From the NCBI RefSeq assembly GCF_009914755.1, contig NC_060931.1: DNA of 64,000 nt. The stretch is one strand, 5' to 3'. Shown piece by piece: positions 44,940 through 58,814 of the stretch (position 1 is its first letter; each line of letters begins with the position of its first letter). A program made the position numbers and the translations under genes. The notes under the pieces are model-generated. The model saw nothing but the letters and a program-made list of their open reading frames with translations, did not search any database and had not been told where the DNA came from. This stretch comes from the human T2T-CHM13v2.0 reference genome, Homo sapiens.

Positions 44940-45030
44940 CACCCAAGGCCAACTCACAGTTGTTTCTGCAAAGCACCCAAGGCCAACCCACAACACCCAA
45001 GGCCGACTCACAGTTCTATCTGTGAAGCTT
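44940..45030. repeat. Local tandem triplication of cacccaaggccractcaca within an L2 relic
   Basis: Copies start at about 44940, 44974 and 44994. Confidence 0.8.
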
Positions 45031-45256
45031 TCCCAGATATCCCTCATGGTCTCAGGCAGAATGTGTCCTCCCCTTCCTGAGTGACCATCTGTTACAGCAC
45101 AGTCACATTGCTTTATAACGAGGTCTGTTGCCCATCTCTCTAACAGCACCCTGAGTTTCCAAGTAAATAAATCAATAATTTAATTCATTTTTAGCATGTA
45201 TGAGTATGCTCTCTTCCGACCAACCCATAACCCACTTGTTTCTTGGTATGCTAGAA

Positions 45257-45481
45257 CAGAGATCAATAAACTACACTCCATGTGCCAAATCTGGCCTGAT
45301 GCCCGTTTTTGCAAAGTATTTTGTGTTGGAACACAGCCATGCTTACCTGTTTACATATTGTCTACGGCTGCTTTGCACCACAAGCCCAGAATTGGATAAT
45401 TGCAACAGAAACTACAGAGCCTGAAAAACTGAATGTATTTATGATCTAGGTCTTTACAGAAAAAGTTTACCAATGCCCATG
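45257..45481. mobile_element. MER58A (hAT-Charlie)
   Basis: 'gccaaatctggcctg...ggaacacagccatgc...tttacagaaaaagttt' motifs. Confidence 0.8.
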
Positions 45482-45813
45482 ATGGAAATAAGGTCAAGAA
45501 TTAAAGTCAACGTGTAGCACTCTTGAGTGGAGGAAAATAAAGACACAATGGGATACTGGGGACTTGAGTTCTAATCTACATTCTGGGACAGGTTTACCCT
45601 TTCATATTGGATAAATCATTTCCCCTATCTGGATCTCAGTTTCCCCATCTGTAAGGTAAGAAAGTTAGATGAGACCAGCGGTTTTCAAACTTTGTTTTGT
45701 TTTGTTTTGTTTTGTTTTTAGCCCAGGACTTTTTCCCCAAAAGTAGACTATGGCAAACTCTATGCGTAAAGCAGATAAAGAAAGAGCTATTCTGATAAGG
45801 GATGGGTGGGAGG

Positions 45814-46177
45814 TGTATTAATCTGTTCTTATGCTGCTAATAAAGACATACCCAAGACTGGGCAATTTATAAAGCAAAAGGGTTTAATAGACTCAGAGTT
45901 TCATATGGCTGGGGAGACCTCACAATCATGGCTGAAGATGAATTAGGAGCAAAGTCACGTCTTACATGACAGCAGGCAAGAGAGCTTGTGCAGGGGAATT
46001 CCCCTTTATAAAACTATCGGATCTCATGAGACTTATTCACTGCCATGAGAACGGCACAGGAAAAACCCGTCCCCATGATTCAATTACCTCCTGCTGGGTC
46101 CCTCCCAGGACATGTGGGAATTATAGAAGCTACAATGCAAGATGAGATTTGGGTGGGGACACGGCCAAACCATATCA
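45814..46177 (-). mobile_element. THE1B-like solo LTR
   Basis: tgtattaatctgttcttatgctgctaataaagacatacc...aaaccatatca; TSD ggagg/agagg. Confidence 0.9.
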
Positions 46178-47159
46178 AGAGGCAAGCGCCCTGCCCCACC
46201 ATCTCTCACCCTTTTCCTTGCCACACAGGGGATCTTGGAGGAGTCCCTTAGATTCCCTGACAGTTTCAAGTATAAAAGCCATTGATCTAACCCCTCCCTG
46301 TAGTCCCTTCCACAGCATGGTCCACGATTCTCTCTAAAGCACCATGTAAACTTCCAAGATTCAAAACCATCCAAAATCAAATCCCTCTTTTAGAATTGTT
46401 TTTTCATACCAGCTGAGACCAATCGACCTGGAAAAAATTAAATATTATCAGACATTTCCTCCATGTATTCACAGGAGAGCCTAAAGTACAGCAGAAGGTT
46501 GCTGGAATGAACTGGCGCTTTCTGTGGTCTATCCTGGGAGTTTTAAAACACAAAAACAGAGTGTCAGCTTCTGGGAGATGTACAACATGAGGGACTGTCA
46601 CTCCAGTGACGGAGTACTCCTGGGAACAGTGCTGCTTCAAAAGGCATCAGGCAGGTAATGATATTGTGAGTTATTTGTTGCCAGACCAGGGAATATTTTG
46701 AGTGACTCAGGAGTGCTTTGGGGCAGCATCAAAGAAGATTTGGGTCCCTAGGTGGGAGGCTTCCAAAAAAAGACAGCTGGTCAGAGGTCCTCAGCGTTTT
46801 GTTCTCTGGGCCAGGGGTCATGGCCTTTGGATAGTCTTCCCTCTGACACCCTGTGTGCCTGTGACTAGTTCCCTGGGTTCTCTGGGGCCTGGTTTTCTAG
46901 TCAGTAAAATGATTAGGTTGTACTAGATAATGAATGAGCACTTACTATGTGTCAGGCTCTGTGCCTAGGGGCTTTGCAGACAATAAGTCAGTTGATACTT
47001 ACACACTCTACACATAGAGTCTCCATTTTATGAAAAATGTAGATGCTAAGTCTCAGAGACATTGAGTTACTTACCCAGAATCACACAGCTAGTTAATAGG
47101 ATGGCAAGGCTTTAAACTAGCTATAGAAAGAGTCTTCCAAAATGATTAAGGTATGGCTC

Positions 47160-47440
47160 TTTATTTTATTTTATTTTATTATTATTTTTTGAAACAGAGT
47201 CTCACTCTGTTGCCCAGGCTGGAGTGCAGTGACTGCGATCTCGGCTCACTGCAAGCTCCATCTCCTGGGTTCATGCCATTCTCCTGCCTCAGCCTCCCGA
47301 GTAGCTGGGACTATAGGTGCCTGCCACCATGCCCAGCTAATTTTTTTTTTATTTTTAGTAGAGACAGGGTTTCACCATATTAGCAAGGATAGTCTCGATC
47401 TCCTGACCTCCTGATCTGCCCATCTCAGCCTCCCAAAGTG
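47160..47440 (-). mobile_element. AluY/Sc-like, 5'-truncated
   Basis: TSD tatggctctt. Confidence 0.85.
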
Positions 47441-47759
47441 AGTTATGGCTCTTAAGTGAAATAGCTTCTGTTTAAATCTTGGTTCTGCCACTGATAGGGT
47501 ATGACAGCAGTCTATTTGTTTCAATGCTTTGAGTTCAATTTCTTTATCTATAAAATGGGTATGATGGCACTGCCTCTACTCACTTCATAGAGTTGTTTGC
47601 AATCTACCCCCCTCATAGATGAGAGAGTTTTCGTAAAACACCTGGTAGATTCTAAGTCATAATTAAGGGTAACTATTATTCTCAACTGGCTAAATCCAAA
47701 ACCCATGTTATTAGCCACTCTGTAAAAACCAGGCTTTCCCCCGACCTTTACTGTGCTAG

Positions 47760-48800
47760 AATTCCTGTCAATGTCAATGATGACCTATGTCAGACAAAAG
47801 CCAGTGGTTGTTTTTTGTTTGTTTGTTTGTTTTCTTTTTTCATCTTCATCACATCCCTTAATCCGTCAGTAGCATTTAACAGTGCTGAGCACCTCTCCTT
47901 GAAATATTTTCTTCTCCAAGCTTTGGGACACCACATTTTCCTTGTTTTCTCCTCTGTTCCTTTGCTAGGTTCTCCTCCTTCCCTAGACTCCTAAAAGTAG
48001 GCAATCCCAAGGTTCTATTCTCATGCCCTTCTCTTCCCCATCAATACTCTTTTCTTACATCATATGTGTGGTCTTACAACTTCCAATGAACTAGCAACTC
48101 TCAAATTTTTTTCCCCACGTTTAACTTGCCTCTGAGCTTCAGATGTCCTAATGTAAAAACATGAAGGACTCAAAGGTTTTTCAAATGTAACACACCCCAG
48201 ACAGAATGACTGGCTCCCTCTCTATGCATATTGCTCTCTTCTTTCCAAGTCTTGTCCATAAATATCACAACCATTTACCCAGTTACTCAGGCCACAAACC
48301 TAGGTGTCATCTCTTATTTCACACTCCATTTCAAATTCGTTAATAAGTTATTTCTTCTCTGTGCTTCTTTTTTTTTTTTAAGACAGGGTCTCAATCTATT
48401 GCCCAGGCTAGAGTGCAATGGCGTGATCATAGCTTACTGCAGCCTCGAACTCCCAGGCTCAAGTGATTCTCCTGAGTAGCTGGAACTACAGGTATGTGCC
48501 ATCATGACTGCCTAATTATTTTATATTTTTGCAGAGATGGGGACTCGTCTTGTTGCCCAGGCTGCTCTCAAATTCGTGGGCTCAAGCAATCCTCCCACCT
48601 AGGCCTCCCAAAGTGCTGGGATTTACAGGCATGAGCCATCACACTCAGCCTGTAAAATATATATTGACTCTAAAATATGTATTGACCCTGACATTTTTCA
48701 CCATGCTCACTGCTACAAGCCTAGTTCAAGTCACTATCCCCTACTGCCTGGATGACTCTAGCAGTCTATTCCCAACCCAGCTGTGCCTACTTTTAAGTAT
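47760..48800 (-). mobile_element. L2 relic interrupted by AluJ (48365-48650)
   Basis: 'caatgatgacct...tcagtagcatttaacagtgctgagcac...ttgaaatattttcttct' L2 ORF2-derived sequence. Confidence 0.65.
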
Positions 48801-48901
48801 TTAAGTACAATTTTGTTTGTTTCCAAAAAGTGTACTGGATTTTAACCCTAAGTTTCTTTAAGGGCTCAAGAACTCTTGAATCAATACAGTCAAGCTGCCG
48901 C

Positions 48902-49218
48902 TTTCTTTTTCTTTTTCTTTTTTTTTTCTTTTTTTTTTGAGATGGAGCCTCACTCTGTTGCCCAGGATGGAGTGCAGTGACGCGATCTTGGTTCACCACA
49001 ACCTCCGCCCCCCGGATTCAAGCGATTCTCCTGCCTCAGCCTTTCTAGTATCTGGGACTACAGGCGCAAGACACCATGCCAGACTAATTTTTGTATTTTT
49101 AGTAGAGACAGGGTTTCACTATGTTGGCCAGGCTGGTCTCAAACTCCTGACCTCATGATCCACCCACCTCAGCCTCCCAAAGTGCTGGGATTACAGGCGT
49201 GAGCCACCGTGCCCGGCC
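48902..49218 (-). mobile_element. AluSg-like
   Basis: Full dimer. Confidence 0.9.
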
Positions 49219-49522
49219 ACTTTATTTTTCTATATTAAGAATGGAACAAGTCATGGATGAGGTCATATTTTTCTCAAACTAGAGGAGAATTTGAGTTCAG
49301 CTGCAATTCTATCTACCTCTTCCTCACTCTGCCTTAACTGCCTGACCCTAATGAACCAAGTTACATGTTGAGCTTTCCTAGACTTGTTGGCATTTGGCTG
49401 GTCCAAAATGATGCAATCATGATAGGCCATGATAGAGGTTGTGGCCCAGAAAAAAATATGAGTGAATTGTATTTGAGCAAAAACTAAGCCAAGACAAAGA
49501 AATGGACCCAAGTGGAAGCTAA

Positions 49523-49864
<342 letters not shown>

Positions 49865-50023
49865 AACAAACTCAATTCTAAACTAGGAGTATATGAAGAA
49901 CCAGGGGTCCTATCAGAAAGACTGGGAGCACGATTCTGGACTTTCAGCAGGTAGTGATTCTCTGTGTTGATGCTCATTCAATAGATATGTTTAGGATTTA
50001 CTGTGGTTCTTTTGAAATGAAAC

Positions 50024-50690
50024 TGTGAACTTAAAATATCTGAGACAGGTCTCAACCAATTTAAAAAGTTCATTTTGCCAAAGTTAAGGACATATCCATG
50101 ACAGAGCCTCAGGAGCTCCTGGTGACATGTGCCCAAGGTGGTCGGGGTACAATGTGCTTGTATACATTTTAGGGAGACATGAGACATCAATAAATATGTG
50201 TAAGATGTATATTTGTTCAGTATGGTAAGGCAAGACAACTTGAATTGGGAGCTTCCAGGTCATAGGTAGATAAGAGAAAAAAAGTTGCATTCTTTTGAGT
50301 CCTTGATCAGCCTTTCACTGAATACACACCATTTAGTCTGGCTCAGTGAATCTGCATTTTTACATAAACAATAAGACAGAGGAAGCAATCAGATACTTGC
50401 TTGTCTCAGGTGAGCAGAGGGATGACTTTCTGTTCTGCTCGTGTGAAGATAAGCTATTCGTTTACATTGCCAGGATGAAATTCAACAGTACTGTTTTAGG
50501 GTCAAGATCTTGAGGGCCCCAAGGAATTTCCTTGTGGGAAAACTGTGAGGGAGGCATGTAGCTCTTCTATCCTTTTAGTTATCTTATTTAGGAGTTAAAA
50601 TGGGAGTCAGGTTTGCCTGATGTAGTTCCCACCTTGACTTTTCCCTCATCTTAGTGATTTAGGGGTCCTGAGATTTGTTTTCCTTTCAAA
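50024..50690 (-). mobile_element. MER4A-like solo LTR (ERV1)
   Basis: tgtgaacttaaaatatctgagacaggtctcaa...ttttcctttcaaa; TSD AAAC (50020-50023/50691-50694). Confidence 0.85.
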
Positions 50691-51948
50691 AAACCGTTTT
50701 CATCTCTAGTTGAAACAAGAGCATGCATATTGCAGAATCAAGCCATATCAGGCTGAAAGAAGACTAAGTGTCAAACCACATCAAAGATCTCATTTTGAGG
50801 CCCAGATCTCCAGTTGATCTGTCAATTATTTTTTAATACATTTCATAAAAACGTAGCCAAACCCGTGCAATGACTGTTGCAAAAGCTAACTGGTTTAAAT
50901 TTCTTTATTTTTGTCTGCAATTGCATCAATTCACTTATATATCACTGATCGCATTGAGATCCCTTACTCTATTTCTGAGATTAACAAAAATAAAAGGCAA
51001 ATATTTGTGTATGTTACAGCATAATTTTCAAAAATGTTAAGTCACAATTCATGCAAATATAAAAGTAAACACTTGTCAACAATTTTTTTCTATTCACTAA
51101 TTGTTGAGGGCACCAGTAAGATGTTAAAACTGGTTCAAAGAACATTTATGGAACCAAGTCTTTATAGGTAACTTAATAAAGCACTGTTAGGATAAAAACT
51201 TCTGGACTAGATACAAAACCTTCTAATGTCCAGTAGAGCAATAAACTGTAAACTTCAGAGTTACATATTCCATTGGACAGAAATTATTTACATCTCCACT
51301 GGATAAAAATCTATAAAAGTTATATAACTTCACTAAAGCTGGGAAATTTAATCAATTTTGAACAGTGAGTTAACAAGATAAAGCCTTCTAAACTTGAATG
51401 TGCCTGTGTTTCTGAAGGACAGTAAAAGAGCGTGTCATCCCTCTTTTGCCTATTTCAAAATTTTGGATAATTCACCAGTTTCTTTACCACACTTCTGGAA
51501 TCATAATTAATCTACCATAAAGTCTGGTATCAGTGTGTTTGTCCTGATTATGTAGATATGTGTAAAAAAGTGTTTATTAACTATGCTTGCCTCATTAATT
51601 TTGCTCTGAAAATTGACAGTCCTACAATATTGAGCAAGTTCTGTGTGGACATTTTCATAAAGAATCTTGGATTGGACTTTTGAAAGCCTGTGTCATTTGC
51701 TCTTCCATCCTAAGGCTAGGAAACCAAGCACAAAACACTCTCCTCTAGATTTTACTTGGTGGTGTATGTACCTATATATAGGAATGAATTCTCCTTTTCT
51801 TGAGGTCCCCCCAATTTACAAAGGTCTCTGGCCTAGAAGTAGGTGGGCTTCTCTACCAACTCTGACACTGGAATACTGCAAGCCAGATACCAAGCTAGTT
51901 TCCTTAGGAGGAATTTGTAGGCATTAGCTTCACATAAATGGTCAGAAT

Positions 51949-52405
51949 TTTATTAGTCAGGATTCTCCAGAAAAACAGAACCAATAGGATATATTATGAG
52001 GAATCGGCTCACATGATTAAGGAGGCTGAGAAAGCCCACCATTTGCCATCTGCAAACCGGAGACCAGGGAAAACATAGTGGTCTAATTCAAGCTGAGCTC
52101 AAAGCCCTGAGAACTAGGGGAGCTGATGGTATAAATCCCAGCAGGCAGAAGAATACCAATGTCCAAGTTCAAGCAGGCAGGCAGGAGCATAAGGGGCAAA
52201 TTCCTTTCTCCACATTTTATTCTATTTAGGCCCTCAAAGGATGGCATGATGTCTACCCACACTGGGGAGGGACATTAGTTTAATGCATCCACAGACCCAA
52301 ATGTTAATCTCTTCTGGAAATACCTTTCCAGACACATCTAGAAATAATGTTTAATCTGGGCACTGCCTGGGACAGTCGCGTTGACACAAAAAATTAACCT
52401 GTACA
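51949..52405 (-). mobile_element. MLT2B-like ERVL LTR
   Basis: 'tattagtcaggattctccagaaaaacagaaccaatagga...ttgacacaaaaaattaacc'. Confidence 0.8.
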
Positions 52406-52656
52406 GTAATTTTCCTTAATAGTGGGTTGATCATACTTAGGTATTAAATGAGAAATCTTCTCTAGTATAATACTTCAGGTATGGCCTTAATTGCACAATG
52501 TACTTGTCCAATTATATTTTGGTTAAAAAAAAGAGAGCAGATTCTTATGAACCCATGAAAACTATATTGCCATAAAAAAATAAGGAGGCAGTCAAAATAT
52601 CTTTGAATTCTGGAGGATCCGATGAGAATCAGGTACCATTAAAAGTTGCACTACAG

Positions 52657-52967
52657 TTTTTTGGTTTTTGTTTTTTTTTTTTTTTTGAGATGGAGTCTTG
52701 CTCTGTCACCTAGGCTACGGTGCAGTGGCACAATCTCAGCTCACTGCAACCTCCGCCTCCTAGATTCAAGAGATTCTCATGCCTCAGCCTCCTGAGTAGC
52801 TGGGATTACAGGTGCCCGTCACTGTGCTTGGCTAATTTTTGTATTTTTAGTAGAGATGTGGTTTCACCATCTTAGCCAGACTGGTCTCAAACTCCTGACC
52901 TCATGATTCACCTTCCTCGGCCTCCCAAAGTGCTGGGATTACAGGCATGAGCCACCGTGCCTGGCCT
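52657..52967 (-). mobile_element. AluS
   Basis: TSD cactacagttt. Confidence 0.9.
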
Positions 52968-53091
52968 CACTACAGTTTAAAAGTAGAAGCTACTAAGTTG
53001 AGGGTTAGAGAAGAAGAAAGGGAGAAGGCTTCTCTTATTTTCTGTGTCCATAAAAATACAGAGCATTAAAAAAGAGTAACAATATTACAAA

Positions 53092-53511
53092 TGATATAGT
53101 TTGGATATTTGTTGCCTTCAAGTCTCATATTGAAAGTTGATCGCCAATGTTGAAGGTGGTGCCTGAAGGATGGTGTTTTGGTCCTGGGGGTAGATCTCTC
53201 ATGAATGAGTCGGTGCCATCCTCAAGGTAATGAGTGAGTTCTCACTCTATTAGCTCCCTCAAGAGCTGATTGTTGAAAAGAGCCTGGCACCTCTTCCACT
53301 CTCTCTCTTGCTTCCTTCCTCTCACCATGTGATGTCAGCTCCCCTCTGTCTCCTGCCTTGATTGGATTCTTCCTGGAGTCCTCACCACAAGCACATGCTG
53401 GCGCCATGCTTCTTGTATAGCCTGCAGAACTGTGGGTAAAATAAACCTCTTTTCTTTATAAATTACCCAGCCTCAGGAATCTCTTTATTACAACACAAAT
53501 GGACTAAGACA
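53092..53511 (+). mobile_element. MSTB-like solo LTR
   Basis: tgatatagtttggatatttg...ggactaagaca. Confidence 0.85.
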
Positions 53512-53747
53512 CCAACAAATAACCAGAAGTAACTGTCCCTCATCAGTCAATTCAGTCCTACATAATTAATTCTCATTCTGCTGGGTTTGGGGAGCCATCT
53601 GATTTCATGATGTAGACTAAAAAGAATTATTGAAATGCGGACTCTGTCTACTGATGCAATTTGAAAGTTGTTTAAGCTCTGTCAGCTCAGAAGCCTGTAC
53701 CCAAGAATTTATTCTTAGACATAGCAATAGTTTAGGGTAGTTGGTAC

Positions 53748-54301
53748 TGATGGGATTATAGGAAACATTACCCTAAAATATGACACTTTGGCATACTGAG
53801 TATTGTATGCTGAAGGAAAGATCACTCTGACCTTCTCTTTTTCTGACCTTCTCCCACCTTTCTCCCCTGAGGCCATAAAAAGAATTCTCTGACCTACCTC
53901 CCCTGAAAGTCAGTCATAAGAACTTTATTCCTGAGGAGTCTTACTCTATTCTCAGTAAGGATGGGATGTCATAAAGTGACACAGAAAAGAATCTAAACAA
54001 ACAGGCCTTGCTAAGTTCCCTTCCCCCCCCCACCAAGTTTACTACCATTAAATCATACACCTTTTTGTCTAATCATGTTTCTCCACAGTCACATGCTTCT
54101 TTCATCATCCTTAACATAAAAAATACAGTTTTCGCTGTATAGGTATCTATAGGTCTTTATTTCTGAAGGCTCCCGGGTCATGTAAGACATATGAAATAAA
54201 TTTGTTATGCTTTTCTCTTATTAATCTGTCTTTTGTTATAGGAGTGTCAGCCACGAAGGCTGAGATTGGTGAGAAAAAGGTATTACTTTTCCTACCCTAC
54301 A
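53748..54301 (+). mobile_element. MER39-like solo LTR (ERV1)
   Basis: 'taccctaaaatatgacactttggcatactgag...aataaatttgttatgcttttctc...cctaccctaca'; TSD gtac/gtgc. Confidence 0.7.
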
Positions 54302-55749
54302 GTGCCATCCTTTTCCAAGAGGATCTGAGGCTGACCTTCCTGTTGTAGATGAATTCTAGCCTGTAGGACCTTCAGGCTAACATCAGAAGAAACCAGAAAC
54401 ATATTTTATTATGAAACGGAATGTCTGTGGTTCATTTGTAAAATAATCAATAATATCAGAATGGAGAAGAAAATTTTATATTGGAGTAGAGTGCATGACT
54501 ACTTCATCAGAGTTTGATCACTGTTCCCCTTGAGGGTAAAAACCTATTATACTAACCTGTGGATAGCATGGCAATGACCAGTCTCCAGAGGCATTTCTGG
54601 AACATGTACAATTTCTGAAATATTGAAATTAATAACATTTCAACTATAGAAGCCTAACCTAGGAAAAGCTGAACATCTCTTTTGCTTTGACGATTTTTCC
54701 CGTGAAGCTATTATAATAATGCTGGGTTAATTTGGAGACATGAAGAAAAATGAAAGAAAAAAACTAGTTGTTTCTGGCATATGTATTTTTATAAGGTGAA
54801 ACAGCAAATCTTTATGATATTCAGGGGACCTCTTGAAAATCTAAAATACTGTTTTCGGTGTATGAAATATTCTCAAAAAGTTGTTTTATTTTTCTTAATT
54901 TAGCATCCAATCTTGGGCAAAATCAAAAGAGTTATCAAAGGAGATTTGGTCACCTGATTAACAGAGAATCATGAATGCCTGAGGAAAACTAATTTGGTTG
55001 TGTATTTCATCAAAGTGACAATAAAATATTACAAAATGTTTTAAAGGCAACATGATTGTAAGAAATCTGTTGTTTACCGTGAAGATCTTTTGTTCTTTGT
55101 TGTTATTTTTAAATAATCAAAGATGTGATAAAGTCAACATAAAGACCAGAAAATTATTTTAGTGAGACACAGACCCTACTCTCTAGGTGAGAAGAGCTGT
55201 AAACACAATTTATCATTTTAACAGAGAGAAAGCCAAATTCGAGTTATGAGTTAAAATAACTGTTAGTAAAAAAGGTTTTGTGAGATTTTTTCTCTTTTTT
55301 TTACGTAATCTTGTGAAAAAGTCCATCAAATCCAGCAAACTTTGCCAAAATGTTAACGCATTTTGTATCTTCTTTGCAGACTCTGGTGTTATGAACCCAA
55401 ACGAATAAGTTTCATTTCCTTCAAAGCCTCTGTATCCTGTTGTACGTACTCGCTAAGCCCTTGTATTTTGGAACAAATACATTTCAGGACAAATCAACTC
55501 TATTTTTCTTGAAAAACAAAACCTAATCCCATCATCTTGCATATGTTCTTGTATTTCTTCATCACGATAGCTCCTCATATATCTTTAAAAACCAATATTA
55601 TTTTATTGAGGTATAATTTACATATGGTTAAATTCACCCATTTTTAGTGTACGGTCCTGGAGTTTTGGCACATGCATTCAATCTGGTAACCACCACCACA
55701 ATGAAGGCATAAAACATTCTTTAGACTACAACTTCAAAATCCCTTAATT

Positions 55750-56278
55750 CAGCGGTCCCCAACTTTTTTGGCACCAGGAACCAGTTTGTGGAAGACAATT
55801 TTTCCACAAACCACGAGTTGGGGGATGGTTTTGGGACAATTCAAGTGCATTCCATTTATTGTGCACTTTAGTTCTATTATTGTTACATTGTAATATATAA
55901 AGAAATAATTATACAACTCACCGTCATGTAGAATTAGTGGGACCCCAGAGCTTGTTTTCCTGCAAATGGACCGTCCCATCTGGGGGTGATGGGAGACAGT
56001 GACATATCATCAGGCATTAGATTCTCATAAGGAGTGTGCAACCTAGATCCCTCATATGCACAGTTCACAATAGGGTTCATGGTTCTAAGAGAATCTAATG
56101 CGGCCACTGATCTGACAGGAGGTGGAGCTCAGGCAGTAATGTGAGTGATGGAGTGCCGCTGTAAATACAGATGAACCTTCACTCTCTCCTGCTGTTCATC
56201 TCCTGCTGTGCAGCCAGCCCAGTTGCTAGTAGGCCACAGACCAATACCAGTCCATAGCCTTAGAGTTGGGGACCCCTC
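55750..56278. mobile_element. MER1A (hAT-Charlie), full length
   Basis: TIRs cagcggtccccaac / gttggggacccctc; 8-bp TSD ccttaatt/ccctaatt. Confidence 0.9.
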
Positions 56279-56351
56279 CCCTAATTCCCTTTTTTCAATC
56301 AACTCTTTAGCCCACTCCAAGCCCTTGCAACCACTGATCTGTTTTCTATCC

Positions 56352-58814
56352 TGTATTGGTCTGTTCTTGTGTTACTATAAAGGAATGCCTGAGACTGGGT
56401 AACTTATAAAGAAAGGGAGTTTATTTGGCTCACAGTTCTGCAGGCTGCAGGCCATACAGAAAGCATGATGCTGGCATCTGGAAGCTACAATCATGGCAGA
56501 AGGGAAGGAGAACTGGTGTACCACTTGGGAGAGCAGGAGCAAGAGAGAGGGGAAGTGCCACACACACTTTTAAACAACCAGATCTCACCAGAACTCACTC
56601 ACTGTCATGAGGACAGCACCAAGGCATCCATGAGGGATCTACCCCCATGACCCAAACATCTCTCACCAGGTCCCACTTCCAACACTAGAGATTACATTTC
56701 ATCATAAGATTTGGAGGGAACACACATCCAAATGATATCATTCTGCCCCTGGCCCCTCACATCTCGTGTTCTTCTTTCATTATAAAATACAATCATCCCT
56801 TCTCAATAGCTCCCCAAAGTCTTAACTTGTTCCAGCCCCAACTCAAAAGTCCCAAGTCCAAAGTCTCATCATCACAGACTCAAGGCAAGTTCCTTCTCCT
56901 TGTGAGTCTGTATTTACTCTTATGTTATAATGAGTTATTTACGCCTAAGACACAAATAGTAGTGCAGGCATTGAGTAAAACATTACCATTCCAAAAGAAA
57001 GAAACTGGCCAAAAGGAAAGGGGCAATAAGCCCCATGCAAGTCTGAAACCCAGCAGGGCAGTCGTTCAATCTTAAACCTCAAAAATAATCTCCTTTGACT
57101 CCAGGTCTTGCATCCAGGGCAGTGGTGCAAGCAGTTAGCTCCCAAGACCTTGGGCAGCTCCGCCCTGTGGCTTTGCTGAGTATAGCCCCTGTGGCTGCTG
57201 TCGTGGGTTGAAGCTGAGTGCCTGCAGCTTTTCCAGTTGCAAGGTGCAAGCTGCTGCTGGGTCTGCTATTCTGAGGTCTGGAGGGCAGCAGGTCCCTTCC
57301 CACAGCTCCACTAGGCAGTGCCCCAGTGAGAATTCTATATGGGGCTCCAACACCACATTTTCCCTTGGCACTACCAGAATAAAGGTTCTCTGTGAGGACT
57401 CCACCTCTGCAGCAGGCTTCTGCCTCAGCACCTAGGCTTTTCCATAAACCCTCGGAAATCTAGGTGGAAGCTGCCAAGCCTCCTTCACTCTTGTATTCTA
57501 TGTGCCCACAGGTTTAATACCAAGTGGAAGCCACCAAATAATTTAGTAGATTTATATCTAAATAGTCTATGGTTTTGGTGCCGTTATCAATGGTACTGGG
57601 TTTTTTTCATTTCAAATGTTTCATTTCATTTCAAATGGCTTGTGCCCTCCGAAGCAGCAGCCTGAGTTGTACCTGGGACCGTTTGAGCTGCAGCTACAGC
57701 TGGAGCAGCTGAGATGCGGGAGTAATGTCTTGAGGCTGAGAAAGGCAGCAGCATCCCAGGCCTGGCCCCTCAAACAGACTGGCCTGGCTGTCTCTTTGAT
57801 AGCACCAAGTATGAGGCCTGGCCCCTCCAACACTTCTGAAATGTCTATGGGGCCTTTTTCCCATTGGATGTTAGTATTTGGCTCCTTTTTAGTCATGCAA
57901 ATCACCTGCAACTTTTTCAACCTTTTATGTTCTGCTTCCCTTTTAAATATAAGTTTCAACTTTAAGTCATTTCTTTGCTGCCATATCTGATCATACGCTG
58001 TTATAAGAAGTCAAGTCATCTGTTGAATGCTTTGATGCTTAGAAATTTCCTCTACCAGGTGCCTTTTAAGTCATCACCCTTAAATTCAAACTTCCACAGA
58101 TCCCTAGGATATGAACACAATGCAGCCAAGTTATGTGCTAGAACATAATAGGACTGACCTTTACTCCAGTTCCCAATAACTTCTTCATTTCCATCTCAGA
58201 CCTCATCAGCCTAGCCTGTACATATTTCTATTAGTATTTTGGTAACAACCATTTAACCAGTCTTTAAGAAGTTCCAAACTTTCCCTCATCTTCCTGTCTT
58301 CTTTCGAGCCTCCAAAGTCTTCCAACCTATGCCTGTTACCTAGTTTCAAAGCCACTTCCACATTTTTGGGTATCTTTATAGCAACACCCTGCTCCTGGTA
58401 CCAACTTTCTATTTGTTCATTTTTGCATTGCTATAAAGGAATATCCGAGGCTGGATAATTTATAAAGAAAAGAGGTTTAATTGCCTCATGGTTCTGCAGG
58501 CAGTATAAGCGTGGTGCTGGCCTCTGCTTGGCTTCTGGTAAGCCCTCAGGGAGCTTTTACCCATGGTGGAAGGCAAAACAGGAGAAGGTATGTCGCATGG
58601 TGAGAGTGGGAGCAAAAGAGAGAGTGAGGAGATGCCACGCCCTTTTAAACAACCAGATCTCATGACAACTTGCTTATCACCAGAGGGTGGTGTGAAACCA
58701 TTCATGAGGAATCCATCCCCTTGATCCAATCACCTTCCACCAGGCCCCACTTCCAACATTGGGAATCACATTTCAACGTGAGATTGGGAGGGTACTGATA
58801 TCCAAATCATATTA
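56352..58814 (-). mobile_element. Two-LTR MST (MaLR) provirus: LTR 56352-56740, internal 56741-58409, LTR 58410-58814
   Basis: Both LTRs present; MST-int ends 'ttctgcccctggcccc' and 'ctcctggtaccaactttc'; outer TSD tatcc/tgtcc. Confidence 0.88.

Larger units (their letters stand above)
50691..55590 (-). mobile_element. Decayed ERV1-class internal sequence (MER4-group-int-like) with later insertions
   Basis: AT-rich tract with motifs typical of MER4-group internal regions (e.g. 51780-51940, 55130-55240); no intact ORF; family not resolved. Confidence 0.5.
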
